From Paraspadella gotoi (Eukaryota; Animalia; Chaetognatha), in NCBI GenBank assembly GCA_051294375.1, contig CM119266.1:24758312-24822311 (forward strand): 64,000 nt of DNA. Reading direction: 5' to 3'. The notes under the pieces are model-generated. The model did no database searches. It was not told the origin of the DNA and saw only the letters and a list, made by a program, of their open reading frames with translations. The first letter of the stretch is position 1, and each line of letters begins with the position of its first letter. Of the stretch, positions 26,388 through 37,981 are shown in pieces. The position numbers and the translations under genes are program-made.

Positions 26388-29308
26388 AAATCATAGGAAT
26401 CAGCGAAAAATACTCGCAGAAATCGAGCTATTGTCAATTTCATAAATTAGTCTTGGAAGGATCCAAAGTCCAGAAAGACCAGAGAATGGAAAAATGACAG
26501 AAATAAATATTAAGAATTAAGAGAAAATATTTAAAGTTATGATGTGGAATAGATGAAATAGATTGATTATTAATCCCTTATGGAGGAGCAGTTACGCTGG
26601 TTTGCCGGTGATTTAGGGGAGAGAAAGTTTGGAATTAAAGGTGAGTAGCAGGCTTTGAGTGAATAAGCAGGCGTTGGCATGGAAATTCGAATCTATTATA
26701 TTAGTATTATTATTATCATATTATATTATCATTATTGGCAGGGTAGCATTGAACTTGGCAAATTGGCATCCAAGGGCTTTTTTCGTGTTGTTTGTTGGTT
26801 GGTCGTCGTCGTCGTCGTCGGAAAACGGCGGCGTCGACGCACGCCCGACACTGGCGAGCGAAACCTTATTGCGGCCACCGGCATGCGCTCAAGTTGTAGA
26901 TATCAACAGCGACTGACGTTCGAGACTCTAAGGTCCTGACGTCGTCGTCGTCTCGTTGTCTCGCGACGTTCGTCGTTCGGTCACGTTCGATCGTCGTCGT
27001 ATGTCGCGTTGTCCGTCGTCGTTGTCGTCGTCGATGACAATCCGATCGAGGAAGGGAATTTATGTGCGTGAGGTTGGGAGAGAAGGAAAGACGAGAGGAT
27101 CAGAGAGGAATGCAGGTCGGATTCCTAGGATAGAGCGCTTCCCGGCTACAGATGGCACAGGCTCAAGATGCTTTAGACGAGATGAGCAGATGTACGGAAC
27201 ACAAGATGAGAGAGAGATAGAGGAAACGAGAGCAGAGAGGTGGACTGCAGAGAGTGAGAGAACACGCGGAACTGAGAGGCAGTAAGTGAGATGATGCTGG
27301 AGAAGATTTAGAGAGACACGAAGAGAGAGAGAGAGAGAGACGAGAGAGAGAAGAGAAGAGAAGAAAGAGAGAGAGAAGTTCAGGAGTTTACAGCCTTAAA
27401 GACAGGCCGATCAGTCCTGAGACAGATGACCACTGACCTAAAAGAGCTGGGTTAAGGAAAGTGCGGGAGCGTAACCAGGAGTTTTTAAGCTAATCGCACA
27501 GCACATCCAAAATCCACACAGTTTCTAACTTACCCGTTATCTTTAATTAATTTCGGTAATTAAAATCAATTCCATTTTTTTATTGACGCGATAATCGTTT
27601 ATCAATTCTCGTATTATTGATGACACGTGTTAGAAAATATGAGAGATCATAAATGGAAGTCGCTAAAGTATATACACAATATTTTGGTTATGTATAAATA
27701 CTATGTCTGAATACGGTTAAAAAATTAAAAAAAACCATTGGAGTTTTAAAACAGGATTTTCTTTGGATTTTTTGTTCAAATTATCATCATTTTTTTTAAT
27801 TTGCGAAAAAATACTTACGAAGTAACCATTCTTGTATTGTATTCTTAAATGAATTAATAATTTCTTGATCAACACACGGAACGGAATCTCAAATATTTGG
27901 AAAATAAAAATGGAATTATTTTTTTGTTGGGTTAAAAAGAATGAGCAAATGAGAGTAAATAAGCATTCGACCGGGATATGTAGTTGGAGAGTAACGACGT
28001 AACCAGAATCGCCGTTGGGATTTATTCTACAAATGTCGATGATTTGGGGGTCGTAGGCGGGAAAAATGTATCAAAGCGCGCCAAAAGCATTAAATAAAAA
28101 TGAGAAAATATTTAAACAAACAAAAACTACAACGAATTTGAAATAAATTACAAAAAACACTCGGCTCATGCACGTGCTTCTCTCTGCTTTTTTGTTCATA
28201 GGCAGTTTATGTAGTAATATGCGTACTACAATTTTGTATAATAATGCGGTACTTTTTTTCGTGGAATTCAATGCTCAGGAAATATGAGATCCAGAGAAAA
28301 AGGAATTGTTAATAGGAGAGGTTACATTAATTTGCCCCCTCGGTTTTATTTAATTTTTTGGTTTGTTTTCATGAAATGAACTCTTGGTGACTCATATTGC
28401 TTTAAAAATTTGTGAAATGTATCTTATTGACTTAATAAAGTTTCTTTTCTCCTAAGGAACCTTTGCTCAACCTTTTTTTCCTTTTTGCTACTTTCTTCTT
28501 TTAATGTAATAATAACAAATTGTTCTGCAATTCAGTTTATAACAAAGGTTATCCTAGTATTTGGCAGACAAAACGAAAAAAAAGGAGCCGGAATTAAGCC
28601 TCCAAAATCAACTTCATATAACAAACGTCAGGTTCGTTATAAGGCTATTTCATTTCTTCGCCATCTACGGGGCGAAAAGAAAAAAATAAAGCGAATCAAA
28701 GAGACGCCGGAAACTAAATCGTTTGGAATGTCACTCTTGAGTTTTCGTTTGTATTTAGTCTTTTTTGTTATTTCAAAATACATCCATTGTTAAATTAGGA
28801 AAATAAATTAAAATCGACGCGTTTGACTAGGCGCCTTCGAGATCAAGACTACGAGGAAAAAAAAAAACTTTTCGCGCGGAAAATTTTAATTAAATAATTA
28901 AAACTCGATGGATACCCGTGACAAACGCTTCGCGCGAAACGGGCTAACGTTCTGCTAGCGCACCCAGCGTGACAAGACCGCAAAGATTTTGTGAACCCCC
29001 CAAAAAAAAAAATTTAGGGGGGCGGAGTTTTCGGGAATTCGATCGAGGTAATTGAATACTTTCGCGTCGTTCAAGAATAAAATTAATGGAACGTCGTGTT
29101 ACTGGTAATATGAAACGGATCGTCTAATTTGTTTTCTTTTTATTTTTTTCGTCTGCCTTTGAGAAGCGGTAAGGGAAATGGAAAACCATTCTATTGGTAC
29201 GAACTTGGTCCGACAGTTTGGGCCGACGGCTCTCAACGTAGACTTTTCTTCCTTCAGCCTTTTTTTTCCCTTTGAATTAACATCCATAAATAATCTGGAC
29301 TTCGCCTC

Positions 29309-32300
29309 TCACCACAGATACGCCCCGCTCGGGCCGCATTGACGGTCGTCGAGACCACCCTGTCTTGTCCGCTCTCCGCCCTCAGCTGACCGGTCGTCCG
29401 GTCACGAGCGGCTGCAGGCTGCGGCTGCTGCGGTCGGCGAGGTGTTCGGCGGCGACCCGACACGGAAGAGACCGATGAGAGAGTGCCCGCCTCCGAAGAG
29501 ACAGAGCCGCCTCGGTTGGGCCGATGACCTGCGTTTCCGTTGTTGCCGTTACTGTTGTCTGCCGTTGTTTTGTTGTTGCTACTGCTTGCCATGAGTGACC
29601 GTTTCTGTACGTACCGCCACGAGGGACGACGAGGCGTTGTTCCGCGACGGCGGCGGAGACGGCGGAGGCGAGACTGGTGGCGGCGTCGGCGGGATGTTTG
29701 CCTGTTGTAGTGCCTGTTGTTGAACTGATGCTGAACCTGGTCGAACTGACGGCGGAAGGAGTCGCGTTCTTGGCGCAAAATGGCGTTGTCACGACGACAG
29801 GGCGCACACTTGATCCTCTAAGGACACGGTTTCGCGTTCGAGCTCAAAGCGCTGCGTGGGGGGGGGGAGAATTGGAGTTTGTATTTGTTCAGTAAGTTTT
29901 TCTATTATCTGCTTTATCTTTCGTCTAAGTTTGAGAAATTCAGAAATAATCAGTAATCACAGATAAAACATGTTTTTCAAAAATTCTTAAAATATTTTTA
30001 AACGGTGAAAATGGTTACTGCTTATACCTGTTTGCACTCGTTCGTTCTACAGTTTTTGCGCATAGCCACCGGTTTTTGAGTCGCTGCGCTCGTGCCCCTT
30101 TTGCTTGACCTGAGCGACGGTTCGCGCGGTTGTACTGTGGAGTACGTAGTGGAAATATTTGTTGCAATTTATAAAAATAAACAAAAAAGCAGATAAACTA
30201 ATAATTTTTTATGTTTTATTTTTTGTTTCATCGAAAATGATCTTACAAATAAACAACAGACACATAACAGCGATTTGTTTAATTTTCAACAAATTTAATA
30301 TAAGCACAAAGGCAAATTCATAACGCGACATAAGCAAGCAAACAAAACACACCGCTTTTGTGGCGACCAGTTAAGAACCATAACTTACCCATGCAGGCGC
30401 TTGTTAAGCTCTCGCCACAGGTAGACACACGGATGGTCCTCGTCTTCCAATCCGTCGTCCCCGCCGTCGCCGGCCATGCCGACCACCACGCCGCCGCCGC
30501 AGCCTTCCGTCTGGGCTCAGGTGACCCAACTTCCGAGGGTCGGGGTTAAAGGCCCGCCAGGGTGAGGGGGCCCGCCGCAGTACCCGCCGCTCGGCAGCCC
30601 GCCGCTCGAAGCAATCGAGGGAGAGCGGGCTGCCACGCCGCGGTCAGTCTTTTCCATCAGGATGCCCGGCGTCGTCGGGCCGGACCTGGGGGATGATGAT
30701 GGGGTTGCCCGATCGGAGGCCCGGCGGAGACGGAGGAAGAGGAAGAGGAAGAGGCCGTGAGCGGTGATTGAAGGTTGACCCTGTTTTGCGATTGAAGCGG
30801 AAGAGGAAGAGGAAGAGGACGACGACGGATGATGCGACGACGACGTCGACGCTTGGCGGCGAAGCGCGCGTTCGCCAGGTGAGCTGCCGCGGCCGCTGCA
30901 CGCCGCGGCGGTTCACGCCACGGTTCACGCCACCTGGCCCGATTGAGCCGAGGTTGCCCGACGCGGGTGCCCTGCGCCAAACCACGGTCAAGTTTTGTCG
31001 GTCGGCTGTGGAGGCGTGCCGTTGACGAAGGCCTCGGCCAGATCCCATCCAACGTGGCGGATGACGACGACGGCCCACGCCGACTGCCCGTACTGCCGGG
31101 CTGAGATGCGGAACCGTGGTGTGGGGGACAGTGATGTGTGCCGGAGGACCCCGAGGGCCTCCTCCTCCTCCTCCTCCCGTGGTGACCCCGCGGGGCCATG
31201 GCGCTGCGAAAGTCAGACATGGGGTGAGCGAGGTGGTTGTGGTGAATGGGGTGGTGAGAGATTGATGGTGGGGGTGAGGTGAATAGGTGATGGGTGGTGG
31301 GTGGAGGCAGGGCATTTGGATGGGCGCGGCGGGGGCGGAGGCGGCTCGGCCCGGGGTTCCGATTCTGTGCAGCTCCTGCGGCCCGCCGCCCCGGCGACCT
31401 CTCCGCTTCCTCCCGTTTTTAAATTCGTGAAGGGAAATGGAACTCTGGCTGCAAGGGCGGCAGCCCTGACCGAAATGATGGCCGGCGGCGCGGCGCCGTA
31501 CTGCCCGAGCCAGTAGACGTCGTCGGCGCCGCTGACGGCCAACGAGGCCGCGGACATGACCTTGGAGACGTCATGGAAGATCCGCCCGGCGACGGGACGC
31601 TGGAGGCGTCGGCGAGGGCGGTAGGGATCCGCAGCCGGCGCCGGCGGCACCGCCCACTGACCCCCCGGGGGAGCTAAGGGGGGACTGCCGCTGGCGCCGG
31701 CGCTGTAGACGGAAGAGACGGGGTCATTGTGCCGCCGCCGCCGCCGACGTGGGGGAGGGAGGAGACGACCTGAGGTCCGCTCTGCACATCTGCGCACCGT
31801 GACTGCGAGGAGACCGCAGCATGTCGTCGTAAGGTTTTTCCAGGAAGACCTGAAGAGAGTTTATTGTTGGAACTCAAATTCTTGAAGGAGTCACTGAAAC
31901 TGTCAACGTCTCCTATTTGTGGCTTGTTTAATGAAGCATTGGTTTATACTCTAATTCATTTTAATTGATTATCATTATGTATTAATTAATATTAACCCTT
32001 TCCTTTTAGTAAAGATCACGTGATATTATTATAATAGCCACTGAAATTTTACTGAATTTAACTGAAGTCACTTATCTTCGGCCAATTAGATTTTCAACGC
32101 TAATGTTCATCGACCGATCTCTTTATCGTTGACTAACCATTCGCTCACCAATCACCATTCACTCAACGTTCCCTCGCCCCTCACTTTCACTAAACTTCAA
32201 TCAATCAATCAATAAATAGAATAAATATTCATCCCTTCACTCACCGGCCATTCCGTTCAGCCCGGCGCGCTCCGTCTTCACCACCTCGGCCATCATCTCG

Positions 32301-32559
32301 GCGCCGGCGTCGCCGCCCGTCTGACTGCCAAATGCTCCAGCACAAAATCGTTGACGTAATCCTCGGCCAGTTGACCCGCGACGCCGAATGACGCCGCCGA
32401 CGAAGACGACGCCGGCACGTGACCCAGCACGGCGCCGCCCGTCGGGCCCTGGCATTAGCGAACCGCCGGGGCCTCCGCGCCGCGGAGGGCCACCCAGAGG
32501 GAGGCCTTGACGGCGCCCAAGGAAGGGCCCTGGGGTAGGGAGGCGTGGTCCGTCGCCAT
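29309..32559 (-). pseudogene. MAF: Second, inverted, indel-rich copy of the large Maf gene (exons about 32559-32245, 31849-30389, 30134-30028, 29851-29309); most likely an unpolished alternate haplotype rather than a true pseudogene
   Basis: Reverse complement matches all four exons and the introns of the + copy; many 1-2 nt frameshifts; intron 1 lacks the 1.2-kb MITE present in the + copy. Confidence 0.8.
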
Positions 32560-32965
32560 GGTCGGGATCTGCGAAGAAGGAGAAACGGGCGATCGCCTTT
32601 AATTTTTCTTCTTTTTTTTTTCGTTTTTGTCGTTTATTTGTTGAAGTCTATATAATTTTATATTGAGTTCCTTAGAACGGAGAAGTTTTTTTTTCAATTC
32701 AATAACTTTGATTAGTTTTTTTCAAAATTAATCGCGTACTCAATTTCTGAGTAAAGAGTTGGGCAATTCTAAGGTAAGAATGATAATTTCTCTCGCCTTT
32801 TCTCGATAATTTTTTAAAATCTGTAACTTTACGTTCAAAGATCGCCCTTTATTTAATCGGTGATTTAAAAGACACAGGGCGATTTTGCGAAGATAGAGAA
32901 ATTAGAGAGGGATTAGAAAATACAAAAAATAATATAAGATCGAAGTCCTTTTATTTATTCTCTCT

Positions 32966-33024
<59 letters not shown>

Positions 33025-33130
33025 CTCTCTCTCTCTCTCTCTCTCCTCTCTCTCTCCACTCTAAATCTAATGAAACAAGTTTACAAAGAGAGAAAATTAG
33101 AAAGAACAAACACGTACGAGAATCATTTGC

Positions 33131-33174
<44 letters not shown>

Positions 33175-33175
33175 C

Positions 33176-33228
<53 letters not shown>

Positions 33229-33590
33229 GTATTTTCTAATCCCTCTCTAATTTCTCTATCTTCGCAAATCGCCCTGTGTCCTTTAAATCACCGATTAAAT
33301 AAAGGGCGATCTTTGAACGTAAAGTTACAGATTTTAAAAAATTATCGAGAAAAGGCGAGAGAAATTATCATTCTTACCTAGAATTGCCCAACTCTTTACT
33401 CAGAAATTGAGTACGCGATTAATTTTGAAAAAACTAATCAAAGTTTATTGAATTGAAAAAAAACTTCTCCGTTCTAAGGAACTCAATATAAAAATTATAT
33501 AGACTTCAACAAATAAACGACAAAAACGAAAAAAAAAAGAAGAAAAATTAAAGGCGATCGCCTGTTTCTCCTTCTTCGCAGATCCCGACC

Positions 33591-33903
33591 ATGGCGACGG
33601 ACCACGCCTCCCTACCCCAGGGCCCTTCCTTGGGCGCCGTCAAGGCCTCCCTCGGTGTGGCGCTCCGCGGCGGCGGAGGCCCCGGCGGTTCGCTGATGCC
33701 AGGCCCGACGGGCGGCGCCGTGCTGGGTCACGTGCCGGCGTCGTCTTCGTCGGCGGCGTCATTCGGCGTCGCGGGTCAACTGGCCGAGGATTACGTCAAC
33801 GATTTTGTGCTGGAGCATTTGGGTCAGACGGGCGGCGACGCCGGCGCCGAGATGATGGCCGAGGTGGTGAAGACGGAGCGCGCCGGGCTGAACGGAATGG
33901 CCG
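33591..33903 (+). CDS. MAF: Large Maf coding exon 1 (MATDHASL...LAEDYVNDFVLEHL...VVKTERAGLNGMA)
   Basis: ATG in ACCATGG context, 9 nt after a pyrimidine-tract acceptor (ttctccttcttcgcag, ends 33581); donor GTGAGT at 33904; Maf N-terminal motif and SUMO-type VKxE. Confidence 0.88.
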
Positions 33904-36900
33904 GTGAGTGAAGTGAATAATTTATTGATTGATTGATTGATTGATTGAAGTTTAGTGAAAGTGAGGGGCGAGGGAACGTTGAGTGAATGGTGATTGGTGA
34001 GCGAATGGTTAGTCAACAGGGTTCATAACCCGTTATTTTTTAGAATTGCTTACCGTTAAACTAACATTTTTAACGGTTAACCGTAAGATCGGTTAATTTT
34101 ATAATTCAACTTTAATTAAAATATTTAAGATTTAAACAAATAAAGTATTAATGGTATTTCTCTTTAACTCTGGCTCTTGAAATGCGCTGATAAAGAGATT
34201 GAAACAGAGTCGAAACATGTCTATTTTTATGTCAAATAAAATTGTTGTTGTTAAAAACAAATTTTTTGCTATCTTCATAACACAACGAACGAAAGGATAC
34301 ATCAATTCTAATTCTATATTTTTTTCTCTTTCTCTCTTTTGCTTTCTGTTTTTCTTTCTCTACTTCTCTTCCCATTATTTTTTTTAAGTTGTTAGTTTCT
34401 TAAACGCTTGTTTTCTGTTGTTAATCTTTCATAACTATGACCAATGGTCATTGACCATAAATATAAATATGATTTTAATTTATTGATAGACTGGTTGATT
34501 TATCGATTGATCAAAAATATTTATTGATTAATAATATATTTTTTAGTTTAGTTAAAAAGTATTCATCATTATCTTTTTTATATGTCTTTTTTAAGATCGT
34601 TCCTTCTATTATTAATTTTTAAATTTTTTAAAATAATTTTTATTTTAGTTTTTTTATCATTTTTTTCATTCATTCGGTTTTATTTCATTTGCTTCTTTTA
34701 TTTTTAAAGAGGGAAAGAAAAGAGGAAAAAGTAAAATAAGAGGAGTTATTATTTTTAGCTAAATTGAATACATATTATTGCATGAATAGGCAAAAAAAGG
34801 AAATAGGTAAAAGCAAGGGCGAAAAAGGAGAAAAGAAAGGAGGGAAAGAAAAAGGGGAAAGTGAGAATGAAAAAGAAAGGAAACAGGAGGAGATAATAAA
34901 GGGGAAGAAAGAATAAGAGAGAGATGAGGATAGAAAAAAAAGAGTATATAACAGGAAAAAACAGGGAAAAATTGGAGAAGAGAGAGAGGGGTAAAAATAA
35001 GGTGAGAAGGAGAGAGGAGAATAAGAGAGAACAGAAAAAACTAGTTTTTTTTTTTTAAATTTAAAGATTTCATACCAAAAAATGAAAAAAATCACATTTG
35101 AAAATTAACCGAATTTAACCGTTAAAATGAATATATTAACGGTTAAGTTAAAATTATTTTTAACCGTTAATAACCGTTAACAGTTAACGGTTATCGGAAC
35201 ACTAGTCAACGATAAAGAGATCGGTCGATGAACAATTCGCGTTGAAAATCTAATTGGCCGAAGAGAAGTGACTTCAGTTAAATTCAGTAAAATTTTCAGT
35301 GGCTATTATAATAATATCACGTGATCTTTATAAAAGGAAAGGGGTTAATATTAATTAATACGTTATGATAATCAATTAAAATGAATTAGAGTATAAACCA
35401 ATGCTTCATTAAACAAGCCACAAATAGGAGACGTTGACAGTTTCAGTGATCCTTCAAGAATTTGAGCCCAACAATAACTCTCTTCAGGTCTTCCTGGAAA
35501 ACCTTACGACGACTGCTGCGGTCTCCTCGCAGTCACGTGCGCGATGCAGAGCGGACCTCAGGTCGTCTCCTCCCTCCCCCACGTCGGCGGCGGCGGCGGC
35601 ACAATGACCCCCGTCTCTTCCGTCTACAGCGCCGGCGCCAGCGGCAGTCCCCCCCTTAGCTCCCCCGGGGGGTCAGTGGGCGGTGCCGCCGGCGCCGGCT
35701 GCGGATCCCTACCGCCCTCGCCCGACGCCTCCAGCGTCCCGTCGCCGGGCGGATCTTCCATGACCGTCTCCAAGGTCATGTCCGCGGCCTCGTTGGCCGT
35801 CAGCGGCGCCGACGACGTCTACTGGCTCGGGCAGTACGGCGCCGCGCCGCCCGGCCATCATTTCGGTCAGGGCTGCCCGCCCTTGCAGCCAGAGTTCATT
35901 TCCCTTCACGAATTTAAAACAACGGGAGGAAGCGGAGGAGGCGCCGGGGGCGGCGGGCCGCAGGAGCTGCAGAACGGAACCCCCGGGCCGCCGCCTCCGC
36001 CCCCGCCGCCCCATCCAAATGGCCTGCCTCACCCACACCACCCCCATCACCCTATTCACCCTCACCCCCACCATCAAATCTCCACCAACCACCATCACCA
36101 CAACCACCTCGCTCACCCCATGTCTGACTTTCGCAGCGCCATGGCCCCGCGGGGTCACCACGGAGGAGGAGGAGGAGGAGGAGCCCTCGGGGGTCCTCCG
36201 GCACACAATCCACTGTCCCCACACCACGGTCCGCATCTCAGCCCGCAGTACGGGCAGTCGGCGTCGGGCGTCGTCGCATCCGCCACTTGGATGGATCTGG
36301 CCGAGGCCTTCGTCAACGGGCACGCCTCCACAGCCGACCGACAAAACTTGACCGTGCTGGCGGGCAGGGGACCCGCGTCGGGCAACCTCGGCTCAATCGG
36401 GCCAGGGTGCGTGACCGTGGGTGGAACCGCCGCGGCGGCAGCAGCCGCGGCAGCTCACCTGGCGAACGCCGCTTCGCCGCCAGCGTCGACGTCGTCGTCG
36501 CATCATCCGTCGTCGTCCTCTTCCTCTTCCTCTTCCGCTTCATCGCAAAACAGGGTCAACCTTCATCACCCTCACGCCTCTTCCTCTTCCCCCTCCTCCC
36601 CCGGGCCCCCGATCGGGCAACCCCATCATCATCCCCCAGGTCCCGGCCCGACGACGCCGGGCATCCTGATGAAAAAGACTGACCACGGCGTGGGCAGCCC
36701 GCTCTCCTCGATTGCTTCGAGCGGCGGGCTGCCGAGCGGCGGGTACTGCGGCGGGCCCCCTACCCCTGGCGGGCCTTTAACCCCCGACCTCGGAAGTTTG
36801 GGTCACCTGAGCCCGACGGAAGGCTGCGGCGGCGGCGTGGTGGTCGGCATGGGCCGGCGACGGCGGGGCGACGGATTGGAAGACGAGGACCTCGTGTGTC

Positions 36901-37981
36901 TACCTGTGCGAGAGCTTAACAAGCGCCTGCATGGGTAAGTTAATGTTCTTACTGGTCGCCACGCTTGTTTTGTTTGCTTGCTTATGTCTCGTTATGAATT
37001 TGCCTTTGTGCTTATATTAAATTTGTTGAAAATTAAACAAATCGCTGTTTGTGTCTGTTGTTTATTTTAAGATCATTTTCGATGAAACAAAAAATAAAAC
37101 ATAAAAATTATTAGTTTATCTGTTTTTTGTTTATTTTTATAAATTGCAAACAAATATATTTCCACTACGTCTTCCACAGGTACCCGCGCGAAACCGTGCT
37201 CAGGCTCAAGCAAAAGCGGCGCACACTCAAAAACCGTGGCTATGCGCAAATGTAGAACGAAACGCAGTGCAAACAGGTAACAGTAAACCATTTTCACCGT
37301 TTAAAAAATATTTTAAGAATTTTTGAAAAACATGTTTTATCTGTGATTACTGATTATTTCTGATTTCTCAAACTTAGACGAAAGATAAAGCGAAATAGAA
37401 AACTTACTGACAAATACAAACTCCAATTCTCCCCCCCCACGCAGCGCTTTGAGCTCGAACAGCGAAACCGTGTCCTTGAGGATCAAGTGTGCGCCCTGCG
37501 TCGTGACAACGCCATTTTGCGCCAAGAACGCGACTCCTTCCGCCGTCAGTTCGACCAGGTTCAGCATCAGTTGCAACAACAGCAACTACAACAGCAACAT
37601 CCCGCCGACGCCGCCACCAGTCTCGCCTCCGCCGTCTCCGCCGCCGTCGCGGAAAACGCCTCGTCGTCCCTCGTGGGCGGTAACGTCAGAAACGGTCACC
37701 ATGGCAACAGTAGCAACAACAACAACAACGGCAGCAACAACAGTAACGGCAACAACGGAAACGCGGGTCATCGGCCCAACCGAGCGGGCTCTGTCTCTTC
37801 GGAGGCGGGCACTCTCTCATCGGTCTCTTCCGTGTCCGGGTCGCCGCCGAACACCTCGCCGACCGCAGCAGCCGCAGCCGCAGCCGCTCGTGACCGGACG
37901 ACCGGTCAGCTGAGGGGCGGAGGCGGACAAGACAGGGTGGTCTCGACGACCGTCAATGGCGGCGGGGCGTATCTGTGGTGA
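33591..37981 (+). CDS. MAF: Large Maf bZIP transcription factor (traffic jam / MafA-MafB-c-Maf family), 4 coding exons: 33591-33903, 35488-36934, 37180-37276, 37445-37981; about 797 aa
   Basis: N-terminal LAEDYVNDFVLEHL and VKTE motifs resemble the large-Maf transactivation region; DDVYWL motif; EHR [42 protein letters not shown](NC)RTKRV and zipper LEQRNRV LEDQVCA LRRDNAI LRQERDS FRRQFDQ. All three introns are GT..AG and intron phases (1,2,0) join in frame; total 2394 nt. An in-frame TAG at 37253-37255 comes from local compensating indels that the other two copies do not share. Confidence 0.93.
34018..35202. mobile_element. Non-autonomous DNA transposon / MITE (about 1.19 kb, hAT- or P-like) in Maf intron 1
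   Basis: Flanked by direct repeat TAGTCAAC (34010-34017 and 35203-35210); imperfect TIR cagggttc-ataacc versus reverse complement tagtgttccgataacc; clustered subterminal TAACCGTTAA/TTAACGGTTA motifs at both ends; empty site in the inverted arm at about 32128-32135; no ORF. Confidence 0.85.
35488..36934 (+). CDS. MAF: Large Maf coding exon 2 (Gly/Pro/His/Ala/Ser-rich linker through the start of the extended homology region)
   Basis: Acceptor ctctcttcag ends 35487; in frame with ORF 35544-36938; ends [10 protein letters not shown] with donor GTAAGT at 36935. Confidence 0.9.
37180..37276 (+). CDS. MAF: Large Maf coding exon 3 (basic DNA-binding region)
   Basis: Acceptor ttccacag ends 37179; encodes [23 protein letters not shown]; donor GTAAC at 37277; 97 nt equals 1 nt plus 32 codons, matching the consensus [32 protein letters not shown]. 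Confidence 0.9.
37445..37981 (+). CDS. MAF: Large Maf coding exon 4 (leucine zipper and low-complexity C-terminal tail)
   Basis: Acceptor ccccccacgcag ends 37444; RFELEQRNRVLEDQVCALRRDNAILRQERDSFRRQFDQV in frame with ORF 37487-37981; TGA at 37979-37981. The exact C-terminus is uncertain given the indel rate. Confidence 0.85.
   Translation, partial: RFELEQRNRVLEDQVCALRRDNAILRQERDSFRRQFDQVQHQLQQQQLQQQHPADAATSLASAVSAAVAENASSSLVGGNVRNGHHGNSSNNNNNGSNNSNGNNGNAGHRPNRAGSVSSEAGTLSSVSSVSGSPPNTSPTAAAAAAAARDRTTGQLRGGGGQDRVVSTTVNGGGAYLW

Noticed and set aside
32930-33223. Palindrome as a missed-adapter fold-back of a single PacBio read
   Set aside because: No adapter sequence is visible, the spacer is about 290 bp, and the arms differ by a TSD-flanked 1.2-kb insertion.
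35709-36682. Overlapping and antisense ORFs across Maf exon 2 (and 30644-31877)
   Set aside because: Shadow frames of GC-rich coding sequence, or frameshifted pieces of the inverted copy.
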